Part shown: positions 6,285 through 15,511 of the stretch, in pieces | Numbering within the stretch: the stretch's first letter is position 1 | Layout of the letters: the number at the start of each line of letters is the position of its first letter | Assembly: GCA_045659725.1 (NCBI GenBank) | Contig: JAZRCK010000011.1 | Span: 4,296 to 68,295 of the forward strand | Direction of reading: 5' to 3' | Length of the DNA stretch: 64,000 bases | Origin: Candidatus Egerieisoma sp. | GTDB taxonomy: Bacteria; Bacteroidota; Bacteroidia; Bacteroidales; UBA932 | Translations under genes and position numbers: made by a program | Notes under the pieces: model-generated | Told to the model about the DNA's origin: nothing | The model's input: only the letters and a program-made list of their open reading frames with translations | The model's database searches: none

Positions 6285-8825
6285 ATGAAAAAGTATCTGT
6301 TTTATATATTTGCAATGCTCATTGCAGCCACATCTGCAATTGCCCAGACCACCAAGGTGAAGGGTACCGTTAAAGACGCATACAATGGCGAGCCCATCCC
6401 TTTTGTAAATATTTGGTTCCCGGGCACCACCATTGGCGTAACCACAGATTTTGACGGCAATTACTACTTGGAAACCCGCCAGAGTGTTCCGGATATCCTT
6501 AGGGCAGAAATCCTGGGTTACGAACCACAGGAACAGAAAATCATACCGGGGGGCTTCACATCTGCAGACTTTTCCCTCAAACCACAATCCATCTCACTGG
6601 AGGGGATTACAGTAAAGGCAGACAACAGCAAGATAAGGGCATTCATGAAGAGTGTCTACGAAAGAAAAAAATACAATGATCCCGACAACCAGGAGACCTC
6701 CCAGGGCAAGATATACAGCAAAATGGAGCTGGATATTGCCAATGTCGACCCATTCCTCAGAAACAAGCTCATCAAGAAGAACTTCGGTTTTGTGGAGCAG
6801 TATATGGATACTTCTGCCCTGTCGGGAGAAGCATATCTGCCCATAATGATCTCTGAGTCAAGCTCAAAGTTCTATAGAAGGAAGAACCCGCCCCTTTCCA
6901 GGGAGGTACTTGAGGCCAGCAGGATATCGGGTGTTGAGGAGGACTACTCTTTAGCCCAGTTTACAGGGCATATGCATGCAGATGTTAACCTGTACAACAA
7001 TTTCATAGACATTTTTGCCATAAAATTCGTCTCACCCCTCAATGACCACGGCTTTGTATACTACAACTATTACCTTATAGACAGTCTGGATATTAACGGA
7101 AGGAAAACATACAAGGTAAGATTCCACCCCAAGATGAAATCCACCCCTGTCCTCGATGGCGAGTTTACCATAGATTCTACCACAATGGCCTTGAGGGATG
7201 CCAGGATAAAAATGGTGAAAGGGCTGAATGTGAACTGGATAAAGGATTTGGCCATTGAGGCAGACAATCAGCTGGTGAACGATACCACCTGGTTCAAAAA
7301 GAGGGACAAACTTTATGTCGACTTTTCCATCACCACAAATGATGCCCTAAAGACAGCCTCATTCATGGCCCACAGGGAGGTGAACTACACCAATGTGGTG
7401 CTAAATGAACCTATTCCACACGAAATTCTCAAACACAGCACCAACGTGGTGTTTGATGAAAATATCCTTAACAACAGCAATTCCTACTGGGAAGCTGAGC
7501 GCCCCTATGCCCTCACCCAAAAGGAGCAGAACATCTACAATATGGTGGATTCCATAAAGAGTGTACCTGTATACAACACCTTGTACAATATTGTCTCCAC
7601 TTTGTTTGGGGGGTATTATGACGCGGGGAACATTGAAATTGGTCCATACTACAAACTCTTCAGCTTCAACAACCTTGAGGGGGCAAGATTCCAGTTTGGC
7701 ATGCGAACAACCGAGAGCTGGAGCAAAAACGTGCGCTACAGCGGATATGCCGCATACGGCACCAAGGACCAGGCCTTAAAGGGCGGAGGATCTGTTGAAT
7801 ACATGTTTGACAGACAGCCTACCAGAAAGTTCTCTGCAGGCTACAGGCGTGACGCCCTCCAGTTGGGAGCTTCCGGCGATGCTTTTTCAGAGGGCAATAT
7901 CATGGGATCTCTCCTCTCCAAAGGGGACAGCCAGCGCCTGAGCATGGTAAACCGGGGGACAGTCTCATATGAACATGAATGGAGGGAAGGCCTCACCACA
8001 ATCCTCACAGCCGAGACCAACCGCATAGGCAGCAATGAATATGTTCCAATGTTTACTCCCGACAGCATCCCTGTTGGGGCTGTAAGAAGTGCCACAGTGG
8101 GGCTTGGCATGCGCCTGAGCTGGAATGAGATGACAAACCGCGACCACTTTGACAAACTGTACCTTTCTACAGACTACCCAATCATTACAGCCGATTTCAG
8201 GATGGGAATAAAGGATGCGCTGCGTGAGAGCCCGGAATTTTACAGAGCCGAACTGGGTTTGGTCTATAATCTGGCCATGCCTCCATTTGGAACATCACAC
8301 TTTAGTGTAAAAGCTGGCAAAATATGGGGAAAAGTCCCTTATCCTATGCTCAAACTGCACGAAGGCAACGGTACATATTTCTTCTCACCACAGGCGTTTG
8401 CTTGTCTCGATTTCTACGAATTTGCTTCCGATACTTGGGCACAGTTCTTCTATGAACACAATTTCAAGGGATTCTTTCTTGGAAAAATTCCTTTACTCAA
8501 AAGACTCAACCTCAGGGAGGTAATATCATTCAGAGGAGTAGTGGGCACCATTTCAGACAAGAACAACGGAAGTGCCGGACATATTGCCTCAATTACAGAT
8601 CCCGCAACAGGGAAAATCATTACAGGAACCGACACACCTTATCTGCTGTTCCCGGCAGGCATGACCGGGGTGAAGAAACCTTATTTTGAGGCAGGTGCAG
8701 GCATAACAAATATCTTCAGAATATTCAGGGTGGATGCTTTCTGGCGCCTGAACCACAAGGAAAATTACCTTGGCGAGAAAAACACAGCCTGGGCAGTAAA
8801 CATTGGGGTGGAACTCAAATTCTAA
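6285..8825 (+). CDS. DUF5686-type outer-membrane protein with N-terminal CarboxypepD_reg domain
   Basis: MKKYLFYIFAMLIAATSAIAQ is a signal peptide. KVKGTVKDAYNGEPIPFVNIWFPGTTIGVTTDFDGNYYL is a carboxypeptidase-regulatory-like fold. A long beta-rich C-terminus ends in ...GVELKF. Confidence 0.8.
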   Translation: MKKYLFYIFAMLIAATSAIAQTTKVKGTVKDAYNGEPIPFVNIWFPGTTIGVTTDFDGNYYLETRQSVPDILRAEILGYEPQEQKIIPGGFTSADFSLKPQSISLEGITVKADNSKIRAFMKSVYERKKYNDPDNQETSQGKIYSKMELDIANVDPFLRNKLIKKNFGFVEQYMDTSALSGEAYLPIMISESSSKFYRRKNPPLSREVLEASRISGVEEDYSLAQFTGHMHADVNLYNNFIDIFAIKFVSPLNDHGFVYYNYYLIDSLDINGRKTYKVRFHPKMKSTPVLDGEFTIDSTTMALRDARIKMVKGLNVNWIKDLAIEADNQLVNDTTWFKKRDKLYVDFSITTNDALKTASFMAHREVNYTNVVLNEPIPHEILKHSTNVVFDENILNNSNSYWEAERPYALTQKEQNIYNMVDSIKSVPVYNTLYNIVSTLFGGYYDAGNIEIGPYYKLFSFNNLEGARFQFGMRTTESWSKNVRYSGYAAYGTKDQALKGGGSVEYMFDRQPTRKFSAGYRRDALQLGASGDAFSEGNIMGSLLSKGDSQRLSMVNRGTVSYEHEWREGLTTILTAETNRIGSNEYVPMFTPDSIPVGAVRSATVGLGMRLSWNEMTNRDHFDKLYLSTDYPIITADFRMGIKDALRESPEFYRAELGLVYNLAMPPFGTSHFSVKAGKIWGKVPYPMLKLHEGNGTYFFSPQAFACLDFYEFASDTWAQFFYEHNFKGFFLGKIPLLKRLNLREVISFRGVVGTISDKNNGSAGHIASITDPATGKIITGTDTPYLLFPAGMTGVKKPYFEAGAGITNIFRIFRVDAFWRLNHKENYLGEKNTAWAVNIGVELKF

Positions 8826-9547
8826 AGCATTTCAAGCAACTCCCCGCAGCTGCCGCATGAACGGAGATTTGGATGAACCACCTCCCCCTCCACCTTTTCA
8901 TGCTCCCATGTGGAATGGAAAGGTATATGGATTGCATAGCCTCCAATATTGAGTACCGGCAGTATGTCTGACTTCATTGAGTTGCCAATCATAAGAAATT
9001 CCTCCGGCCCGCATCCCAATTTCTTGAGAAGGGCAAGGTAAGTGTCTTCGTTCTTGTCATACATAACCTCCACCAAATTGAAATGCTCAGCCAAACCGGA
9101 ACGCTTAAGCTTGCGGTTCTGGTCCAGCAAATCCCCTTTGGTAGCAACTATAAGCTGATACTTGCCGCTCTTGTGCAGTTTTTCCAGCAGGTGCTTCACC
9201 CCCGGAAGCACCTCCATGGGAACATTGATCAGTGATGTGCCTATCCTTATAACCTCTTCCATTTCCAAAGGGATGAGAGGCCTTAACCCTTCCTGTTCCC
9301 CCCTGTTGCTGAAGCCTATTGCCGTTTCCATAAGCGAAAGGGTAAATGCCTTGGCGCCATAACCGTACGGAGCAAGGTTTTTCAGTTCTGTTTGATACAG
9401 GACATCAATTATCTCCCGAGGCGGTGCAAAACGCTCCAGAAGACAGCAATATTCCGCCTCTGCCTGACGGAAGTAAGGCTCATTCACCCACAAGGTATCA
9501 TCTGCGTCAAATGCTATGCACTTTACTCTCTCCAACAAACTTTTCAT
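8822..9547 (-). CDS. HAD-superfamily hydrolase
   Basis: CIAFDADDTLW (DxDxT motif I). The track start 9565 is a TTG, and the ATG at 9545-9547 gives MKSLLERVK. It overlaps the convergent gene end by 4 nt. Confidence 0.8.
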   Translation of the reverse strand: MKSLLERVKCIAFDADDTLWVNEPYFRQAEAEYCCLLERFAPPREIIDVLYQTELKNLAPYGYGAKAFTLSLMETAIGFSNRGEQEGLRPLIPLEMEEVIRIGTSLINVPMEVLPGVKHLLEKLHKSGKYQLIVATKGDLLDQNRKLKRSGLAEHFNLVEVMYDKNEDTYLALLKKLGCGPEEFLMIGNSMKSDILPVLNIGGYAIHIPFHSTWEHEKVEGEVVHPNLRSCGSCGELLEML

Positions 9548-9574
9548 AGTTTTCAAAGATAACAATTTTCCTTT

Positions 9575-10693
9575 TCAGTAAACAATCTTCACCTGGACAT
9601 TGCAGAAAAATGGGGTCGGGTACTCCTTATGGAGGATATTGTCGGGAAAAAGGAAATCCCTGCACAACGAATCCGACTGGCTTCCCCCCTGAGGCATCAT
9701 TATCACACATACGGGGATTGTGGCATATATTGCCCCACCGTTTGATGCGGCATCAGCAGGATTCCATTGGATATCCACTGTCAGCATCCCGTTGCGGCCC
9801 AGCTTTACCATTGAGTCTGTAAACACCATTCCCGGTTCTGTCTGCAGCGGATTTGACACCTTCTCTTTGTACGCATATTCCACAGCATCCCCGTTGAGAG
9901 GATTGAACCTCGCAGTGGCATTTCCCTTTACCCATTCACATTGGGTAAATTCCGGCGGCGCATTTACAAGTTTCTGAAGGCATATTGTATCCCCCGGGGA
10001 AATTTCAATCACTCCATTGTGCAAATTCTCAACCCGCACACTGTTTTCAAGCTCATAATACGGCAAAGTGAACACCTTCCTCTCTGGTGCCTCACCGGCA
10101 TTCTCCACCACTACCGCAACTTCAATCCTGTACAATCTGTATTTGCCTATTGCACTCCATTTTACCGTTTCCGGCCCATTGCCCCGGTCTACAACAGTTT
10201 CATCATGAATGCGGTCAACGTAGTTGTAGAACATTGCAGGAGGGAGCGGTGCGCTAAAGGGCAAACAGCTGTTTGCAGGCGGGATCTTCTTTCCTGCAAA
10301 CTTCTCAAAGCCTTCACCAACAGGTGATACATAGTGGTTTTTGGGCTGGGCAGAACTGCCTCCAAGAATACAGATTGAATCGCCTGTATAATTGAAGGAG
10401 TATACATCCCTATAGAAGTTTATGGCCGCTATTTTTGGGGGAACCGCATCTGCAGGGGTATAGCCCACTATTTCCAGCGTTCTTAGCCCCTCCTCATGCA
10501 ATTTCACAGTATCATGAGGATTTGTTCCCCCAGCAGTATAAAGTTTGCCATTCAGCCTGAAAACAAGTTTCTCTAACGGAATAGACTGATGTCCCCCATC
10601 CTGTGGCGGAGGAGATGGAATATCCAGGGGCTTCTGCCCGCTACATCCCAACATTATTCCGCACATTAAAATACATATTACCCTCGCATCCAT
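9575..10693 (-). CDS. lipoprotein, no recognisable domain
   Basis: Track ORF trimmed to ATG 10691-10693. MDARVICILMCGIMLGC/SGQ has a lipobox Cys. The remainder is beta-rich with no motif I can name. Confidence 0.6.
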   Translation of the reverse strand: MDARVICILMCGIMLGCSGQKPLDIPSPPPQDGGHQSIPLEKLVFRLNGKLYTAGGTNPHDTVKLHEEGLRTLEIVGYTPADAVPPKIAAINFYRDVYSFNYTGDSICILGGSSAQPKNHYVSPVGEGFEKFAGKKIPPANSCLPFSAPLPPAMFYNYVDRIHDETVVDRGNGPETVKWSAIGKYRLYRIEVAVVVENAGEAPERKVFTLPYYELENSVRVENLHNGVIEISPGDTICLQKLVNAPPEFTQCEWVKGNATARFNPLNGDAVEYAYKEKVSNPLQTEPGMVFTDSMVKLGRNGMLTVDIQWNPADAASNGGAIYATIPVCVIMMPQGGSQSDSLCRDFLFPDNILHKEYPTPFFCNVQVKIVY

Positions 10694-10765
10694 TGTTTTT
10701 TGGAGCCAAAGTATAAAAAGGGGCAGATTCTGCGTACAATATGAGTAAAATTCCACCTTACAGGT

Positions 10766-10789
10766 AGAGTAAATTGCCGAATTTACTCT
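10766..10789. promoter_or_regulatory. perfect palindrome AGAGTAAATT-GCCG-AATTTACTCT in a divergent promoter region (candidate operator)
   Basis: 10-bp perfect arms with a 4-nt centre. It lies 73 nt from the lipoprotein ATG and 79 nt from the doxX ATG, and marR lies just downstream of doxX. Confidence 0.45.
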
Positions 10790-10867
10790 GTATTGACCGT
10801 ACTGAAGGGGTTGTAGGGAAGAAAAACAATTGGGGCTACTCCATTGTTATAGGGGAAAAACAAAGCT

Positions 10868-11281
10868 ATGCTACAGAACTTCCTTTTCCCAACTTACCAC
10901 AATATGTGGCTTTCAACCCTGCTGTTGGTGTGTAGGGTTGTATTCGGTTCCATGTTTATCACCCACGGGCTACAGAAGCTGGCCAGTTTCAGCATTCTCT
11001 CAATCTCTTTTCCCAGTGTAATGGGGATGGGGAGCAAACTGTCCTTATCTCTTGCCATCTTTGCAGAGGTTTTCTGTACTATGGGATTCATCACAGGTTT
11101 CCTGTACAGGCTATCTATGCTGCCAATGATTTTCACCATGTGCATAGCGGCCTTTGTGATACATGCCAAAGACCCGTTCTCTGCAAAGGAACTTGCACTG
11201 ATGTACCTTTTTGTCTTCATAATTATGTATATACTGGGCCCCGGGACATTTGCCGCTGACTGGTTCTTTACCAAAAGATAG
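10868..11281 (+). CDS. DoxX-family membrane protein
   Basis: LLLVCRVVFGSMFITHGLQKL... with four hydrophobic helices; size is typical for DoxX. Confidence 0.8.
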   Translation: MLQNFLFPTYHNMWLSTLLLVCRVVFGSMFITHGLQKLASFSILSISFPSVMGMGSKLSLSLAIFAEVFCTMGFITGFLYRLSMLPMIFTMCIAAFVIHAKDPFSAKELALMYLFVFIIMYILGPGTFAADWFFTKR

Positions 11282-11315
11282 TCTGGCGCAAGTAGCGGAA
11301 ATTATAATTTTTTGC

Positions 11316-11323
11316 TATTTTTG
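11316..11323 (+). promoter_or_regulatory. -7 box TATTTTTG for marR-type gene
   Basis: Exact TAnnTTTG 24 nt upstream of ATG 11347. Confidence 0.5.
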
Positions 11324-11346
11324 TATCCAAACAAGACAGTATACCT

Positions 11347-11790
11347 ATGTTACTATCTAAAAGAATAGCAGTAGATTTGAATATAGCGGGCTGCAAACTC
11401 AAGCAATATACCGCTACAATGCTCAAGCAGCAGAATATCGACCTTACGCCGGAGCAATTTCTTCTCATAGACCTTCTTTGGAACCAGGGTCCACTTTCCC
11501 AGCAGGAACTTGCAGACCAGATGCAGAAAGACAAGAATTCAATTACCAAGCTTGTTGATGCCATTGAGCGCAAGGGATTTGTTGTAAGAGAACAGAACCC
11601 GAACGACCGAAGGTCAAATACAATTATCCTTACCGACCTTGCATACAACCTTAGGGATGATGCCAAGACAAAAGGAATTTCAATCCTCAACAAAATGCTT
11701 GACGGAATACCTGAAGAAGAACTGCACACTTTTTTGCAGACTCTGGAGAAGTTGTGTTCAAATATGACTGTAACGGATTCCAACCGCTAG
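11347..11790 (+). CDS. MarR-family transcriptional regulator
   Basis: LTPEQFLLIDLLWNQGPLSQQELADQMQKDKNSITKLVDAIERKGFVVREQNPNDRRSNTIILT is a winged-helix MarR signature. Confidence 0.85.
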   Translation: MLLSKRIAVDLNIAGCKLKQYTATMLKQQNIDLTPEQFLLIDLLWNQGPLSQQELADQMQKDKNSITKLVDAIERKGFVVREQNPNDRRSNTIILTDLAYNLRDDAKTKGISILNKMLDGIPEEELHTFLQTLEKLCSNMTVTDSNR

Positions 11791-11826
11791 TACAGACAAC
11801 AGAAAGCATTTTGATAATGACAAAAC

Positions 11827-11860
11827 AAAAAGCACCTGCATTACTGCAAGTGCTTTTGTT
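11827..11860. terminator. bidirectional intrinsic terminator (marR on +, tRNA on -)
   Basis: AGCACCTGCA-TTAC-TGCAAGTGCT stem (one C/A mismatch), flanked by an A-run on the left and TTTTGTTT on the right. Confidence 0.65.
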
Positions 11861-11869
11861 TCAATTGAG

Positions 11870-11944
11870 TGGGCCCAACTGGGCTTGAACCAGTGACCCC
11901 CTGATTATGAGTCAGGTGCTACTAACCAACTGAGCTATAGGCCC
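11870..11944 (-). tRNA. tRNA with CAT anticodon; looks like lysidine-type tRNA-Ile2 rather than tRNA-Met
   Basis: Reverse complement is GGGCCTATAGCTCAGTTGGTTAGTAGCACCTGACTCATAATCAGGGGGTCACTGGTTCAAGCCCAGTTGGGCCCA. The cloverleaf folds, with one 13:22 mismatch. The anticodon arm lacks the 3 G-C pairs of initiators. ACTCATAATC and CTGGTTCAAG resemble E. coli ileX as I remember it. Confidence 0.8.
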
Positions 11945-12010
11945 CAATTGAGAGTGCAAAAATAATGAAAAAATCTTGCACTTCCAAAATTTATGATATG
12001 CTTGCTGGCT

Positions 12011-12028
12011 CTCCGGCGTGAGCCGGAG
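12011..12028 (-). other. GC hairpin between rpsJ and the tRNA (weak terminator or processing site)
   Basis: CTCCGGC-GTGA-GCCGGAG, a 7-bp stem with no U-tract after it on the minus strand. Confidence 0.35.
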
Positions 12029-12046
12029 GCCTCACAAGCTATATTA

Positions 12047-12352
12047 TCAAACTTTGATCTCAACCTCAACACCGCTAGGAAGCTCAAGTTTCATTAGAGC
12101 GTCTACAGTTTTAGGAGTAGAGCTGTAGATATCCAATAGGCGGCGGAAAGAATTTAGCTCAAACTGCTCGCGTGATTTTTTGTTAACGAAAGTTGAGCGG
12201 TTTACAGTAAAGATCTTCTTGTCTGTAGGAAGTGGAATAGGACCGCTAACAACAGCACCAGTAGCTTTAACTGTTTTTACGATCTTGTCAGCAGATTTGT
12301 CTACCAAAGCGTGATCGTAAGATTTTAGTTTAATTCTTATTTTTTGGCTCAT
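12047..12352 (-). CDS. rpsJ: 30S ribosomal protein S10
   Basis: [43 protein letters not shown]... is canonical S10. Confidence 0.97.
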   Translation of the reverse strand: MSQKIRIKLKSYDHALVDKSADKIVKTVKATGAVVSGPIPLPTDKKIFTVNRSTFVNKKSREQFELNSFRRLLDIYSSTPKTVDALMKLELPSGVEVEIKV

Positions 12353-12385
12353 TGTATATAATTGTTACCAATTTATAATTCGTTA

Positions 12386-14503
12386 TTACTCGTCATCCTC
12401 ACCAAGCTTCTTGTTGCCAGACTGCTCGATAACCTCTTTAGCGATTGCAGCAGGAACGTCAGCGTAGTGTGAGAACTGCATTGTGCTGGTTGCTCTACCA
12501 GATGAGATAGTTCTTAGGATAGTTACATATCCGAACTGCTCAGATAGTGGAACGTTAGCTTTAACTACTCTAGCGTTACCGTTAGCATCCATGCTGGTGA
12601 TCTGACCTCTACGTTTGTTCAAGTCACCGATGATGTCACCCATGTAATCCTCTGGGGTTACTACCTCAAGGGCCATGATAGGCTCCATGATAACTGGTGT
12701 AGCCTTAGGAAGGGCTTTACGGAATGCCTGTCTTGCAGCGATCTCAAATGAAAGGGCATCAGAGTCAACTGGGTGGAAGCTACCATCTTTAAGGATAACC
12801 TTAAGAGCTGTAACCTCATAACCAGCCAATACACCGTTTGCCATAGCAGATTTGAAACCTTTCTCAACTGCAGGGATAAACTCCTTAGGAACGTTACCAC
12901 CTTTAACCTCGTCAATGAACTGAAGTCCGGTAACACCCTCGTCAGCTGGGCCGATCTCAACGATGATATCAGCAAATTTACCTTTACCACCAGACTGTTT
13001 CTTGAATACCTCTCTGTGCTGAACAGTTGAGCGGATAGCCTCTTTGTAGTTAACCTGAGGTGCACCCTGGTTGATCTCTACGCCGAACTCTCTTCTTAGA
13101 CGGTCAACAATGATATCCAAGTGAAGCTCACCCATACCGCTGATAACGGTCTGGCCAGTCTCATGGTCTGATTTAACTGTAAATGTAGGGTCCTCCTCAG
13201 CAAGCTTACCAAGTGCAATACCCAATTTGTCAAGGTCTTTCTGAGTTTTAGGCTCTACTGCCAATCCGATAACCGGATCAGGGAAAGTCATCTGCTCAAG
13301 AACGATTGGGTTAGACTCGATACAAACTGTATCACCAGTTCTAAGCTCTTTGAAACCTACTGCTGCACAGATGTCACCAGCCTCAACGAACTCAATAGGG
13401 TTCTGTTTGTTTGAGTGCATCTGGAACAGACGAGAGATACGCTCTTTCTTGCCTGAACGAGTGTTCAATACATATGAACCTGCGTCAAGTTTTCCAGAGT
13501 AAGCTCTCAAGAATGCCAAACGACCTACGAATGGATCGGTAGCAATTTTAAATACCAACGCGCAGAATGGCTCTTTAACGTTGAATTTTCTCACCTCTGC
13601 ATCGCCGGTGTTAGGGTTTGTACCCTCAACCTGGCCTTTGTCAAGTGGTGATGGAAGGTATCTCATTACAGCATCCAAAAGGAACTGTACACCTTTATTC
13701 TTGAATGAAGAACCACAAGTGATAGGAACGATAGCCATATCGATTGTAGCTTTTCTGATGGCAGCAATGATCTCCTCAGCGGTAATTGAATCAGGATCCT
13801 CAAAGAATTTCTCCATTAGAGCCTCGTCGTACTCAGCGGCAGCCTCAATAAGTTTGCCTCTCCACTCCTCGCACTCTGCAACCATATTCTCTGGAATATC
13901 CCTTACCTCATAGTTAACAAGCTCTTTGCTCTCCTGATCGTAGAAATAACCTTTCATAGCGATAAGGTCTACGATACCCTGGAACTTGTCCTCAGCACCG
14001 ATTGGAAGAGCGATTGGAACTGCGTTTGCACCCAATTTCTCTTTCATCTCAGATACTACAGCAAGGAAGTCCGCACCTACGCGGTCCATCTTGTTAACGT
14101 ATGCAATCTTTGGAACTCTGTGTTTGTCTGCCTGTCTCCATACTGTCTCAGACTGTGGTTGAACACGTCCTACAGCACAGAAAGTAGCAACTGTACCGTC
14201 AAGAACACGCAATGATCTCTCTACCTCAACAGTAAAATCCACGTGGCCTGGGGTATCAATCAAGTTGATCTGGTACTGCTCACCATTGTATTTCCAGAAA
14301 GCTGTAGTAGCAGCAGAAGTAATTGTAATACCTCTCTCCTGCTCCTGAACCATCCAGTCCATGGTAGCACCACCCTCGTGTACCTCACCAATTTTATGGG
14401 TTTTACCTGTGTAGAACAAAATCCTCTCGGAAGTTGTTGTTTTACCGGCATCAATATGTGCCATGATACCGATATTTCTGGTAAGTCTTAAATCTCTTGC
14501 CAT
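12386..14503 (-). CDS. fusA: elongation factor G
   Basis: [38 protein letters not shown] GTPase motifs. 705 aa. Confidence 0.97.
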   Translation of the reverse strand: MARDLRLTRNIGIMAHIDAGKTTTSERILFYTGKTHKIGEVHEGGATMDWMVQEQERGITITSAATTAFWKYNGEQYQINLIDTPGHVDFTVEVERSLRVLDGTVATFCAVGRVQPQSETVWRQADKHRVPKIAYVNKMDRVGADFLAVVSEMKEKLGANAVPIALPIGAEDKFQGIVDLIAMKGYFYDQESKELVNYEVRDIPENMVAECEEWRGKLIEAAAEYDEALMEKFFEDPDSITAEEIIAAIRKATIDMAIVPITCGSSFKNKGVQFLLDAVMRYLPSPLDKGQVEGTNPNTGDAEVRKFNVKEPFCALVFKIATDPFVGRLAFLRAYSGKLDAGSYVLNTRSGKKERISRLFQMHSNKQNPIEFVEAGDICAAVGFKELRTGDTVCIESNPIVLEQMTFPDPVIGLAVEPKTQKDLDKLGIALGKLAEEDPTFTVKSDHETGQTVISGMGELHLDIIVDRLRREFGVEINQGAPQVNYKEAIRSTVQHREVFKKQSGGKGKFADIIVEIGPADEGVTGLQFIDEVKGGNVPKEFIPAVEKGFKSAMANGVLAGYEVTALKVILKDGSFHPVDSDALSFEIAARQAFRKALPKATPVIMEPIMALEVVTPEDYMGDIIGDLNKRRGQITSMDANGNARVVKANVPLSEQFGYVTILRTISSGRATSTMQFSHYADVPAAIAKEVIEQSGNKKLGEDDE

Positions 14504-14521
14504 TTTTGTTCTATCTAGACA

Positions 14522-14998
14522 TTAAAAACGGAAGTGAGCAAATGCTTTGTTGGCCTCAGCCATCTTATGCATATCCTCTTTTCTTTTGAAGGCAGCACCC
14601 TCATTATTGTATGCAGCTAGTATCTCTGCAGCTAATTTTTCAGCCATTGAACGACCAGATCTCTTGCGAGCATAAAGAATCATGTTCTTCATAGAAAGTG
14701 AAATTTTTCTCTCTGGGCGTACCTCAGTAGGAACCTGGAAGTTTGCACCACCCACTCTACGGCTTTTAACCTCTACCTGTGGGGTTACATTCTCTAGAGC
14801 TTTCTTCCAAATTTCTAGTGGAGCCTTGTCAGAATCTTTCATCTTCTCGCCAATCATGTCGATTGCGTCATAAAAAATAGCGTAAGCGATACTCTTCTTC
14901 CCCTGCAACATCAAGTTATTCACGAAACGTGTTACCAACACATCGTGGAATTTTGGATCAGGAAGTAGAATCCTCTTTTTAGGCTTTGCTTTTCTCAT
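14522..14998 (-). CDS. rpsG: 30S ribosomal protein S7
   Basis: [36 protein letters not shown]... is canonical S7. Confidence 0.97.
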   Translation of the reverse strand: MRKAKPKKRILLPDPKFHDVLVTRFVNNLMLQGKKSIAYAIFYDAIDMIGEKMKDSDKAPLEIWKKALENVTPQVEVKSRRVGGANFQVPTEVRPERKISLSMKNMILYARKRSGRSMAEKLAAEILAAYNNEGAAFKRKEDMHKMAEANKAFAHFRF

Positions 14999-15027
14999 TT
15001 CTGTAGAAATTTTAAAAAATTAATGAC

Positions 15028-15411
15028 TTACTTCTTAGCTGCTTTTGGTCTCTTGGTGCCGTATAGTGAACGTGATTTCTTACGTCCGTCAACACCTGCT
15101 GTATCCAAAGCTCCTCTAAGAATGTGATAACGTACTCCAGGAAGGTCTTTTACCCTGCCACCTCTAACAAGAACGATTGAGTGCTCCTGCAAGTTGTGTC
15201 CTTCTCCTGGGATGTAGGCATTCACCTCTTTCTGATTTGTCAATCTAACACGAGCTACTTTACGCATAGCTGAGTTAGGTTTCTTAGGAGTTGTAGTGTA
15301 AACACGTACACAAACTCCACGTCTTTGAGGACAAGCATCCAGTGCGCGTGATTTAGATTTCTCTACAATCACCTCGCGACCGTTGCGTACTAACTGTTGA
15401 ATTGTTGGCAT
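15028..15411 (-). CDS. rpsL: 30S ribosomal protein S12
   Basis: [13 protein letters not shown]...[18 protein letters not shown]...[15 protein letters not shown] is canonical S12. Confidence 0.97.
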   Translation of the reverse strand: MPTIQQLVRNGREVIVEKSKSRALDACPQRRGVCVRVYTTTPKKPNSAMRKVARVRLTNQKEVNAYIPGEGHNLQEHSIVLVRGGRVKDLPGVRYHILRGALDTAGVDGRKKSRSLYGTKRPKAAKK

Positions 15412-15463
15412 AATTTGTTGTTAATCTTAACTTTATACAAATACCCGATATTAAATCGGCTCG

Positions 15464-15471
15464 CAAAGGTA
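15464..15471 (-). promoter_or_regulatory. -7 box TACCTTTG for the rpsL operon
   Basis: Exact TAnnTTTG on the minus strand, about 53 nt upstream of the rpsL ATG. The leader contains a small hairpin CCGAT-TTAAT-ATCGG. Confidence 0.6.
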
Positions 15472-15511
15472 CAAATAATTTCTTAAACTACAAGTATTTA
15501 TGGATTTTTTA

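Noticed and set aside
12011-12028. The GC hairpin after rpsJ as a canonical intrinsic terminator.
   Set aside because: No U-tract follows on the coding strand. It is kept only as a low-confidence structural feature, since the tRNA may be co-transcribed and processed.
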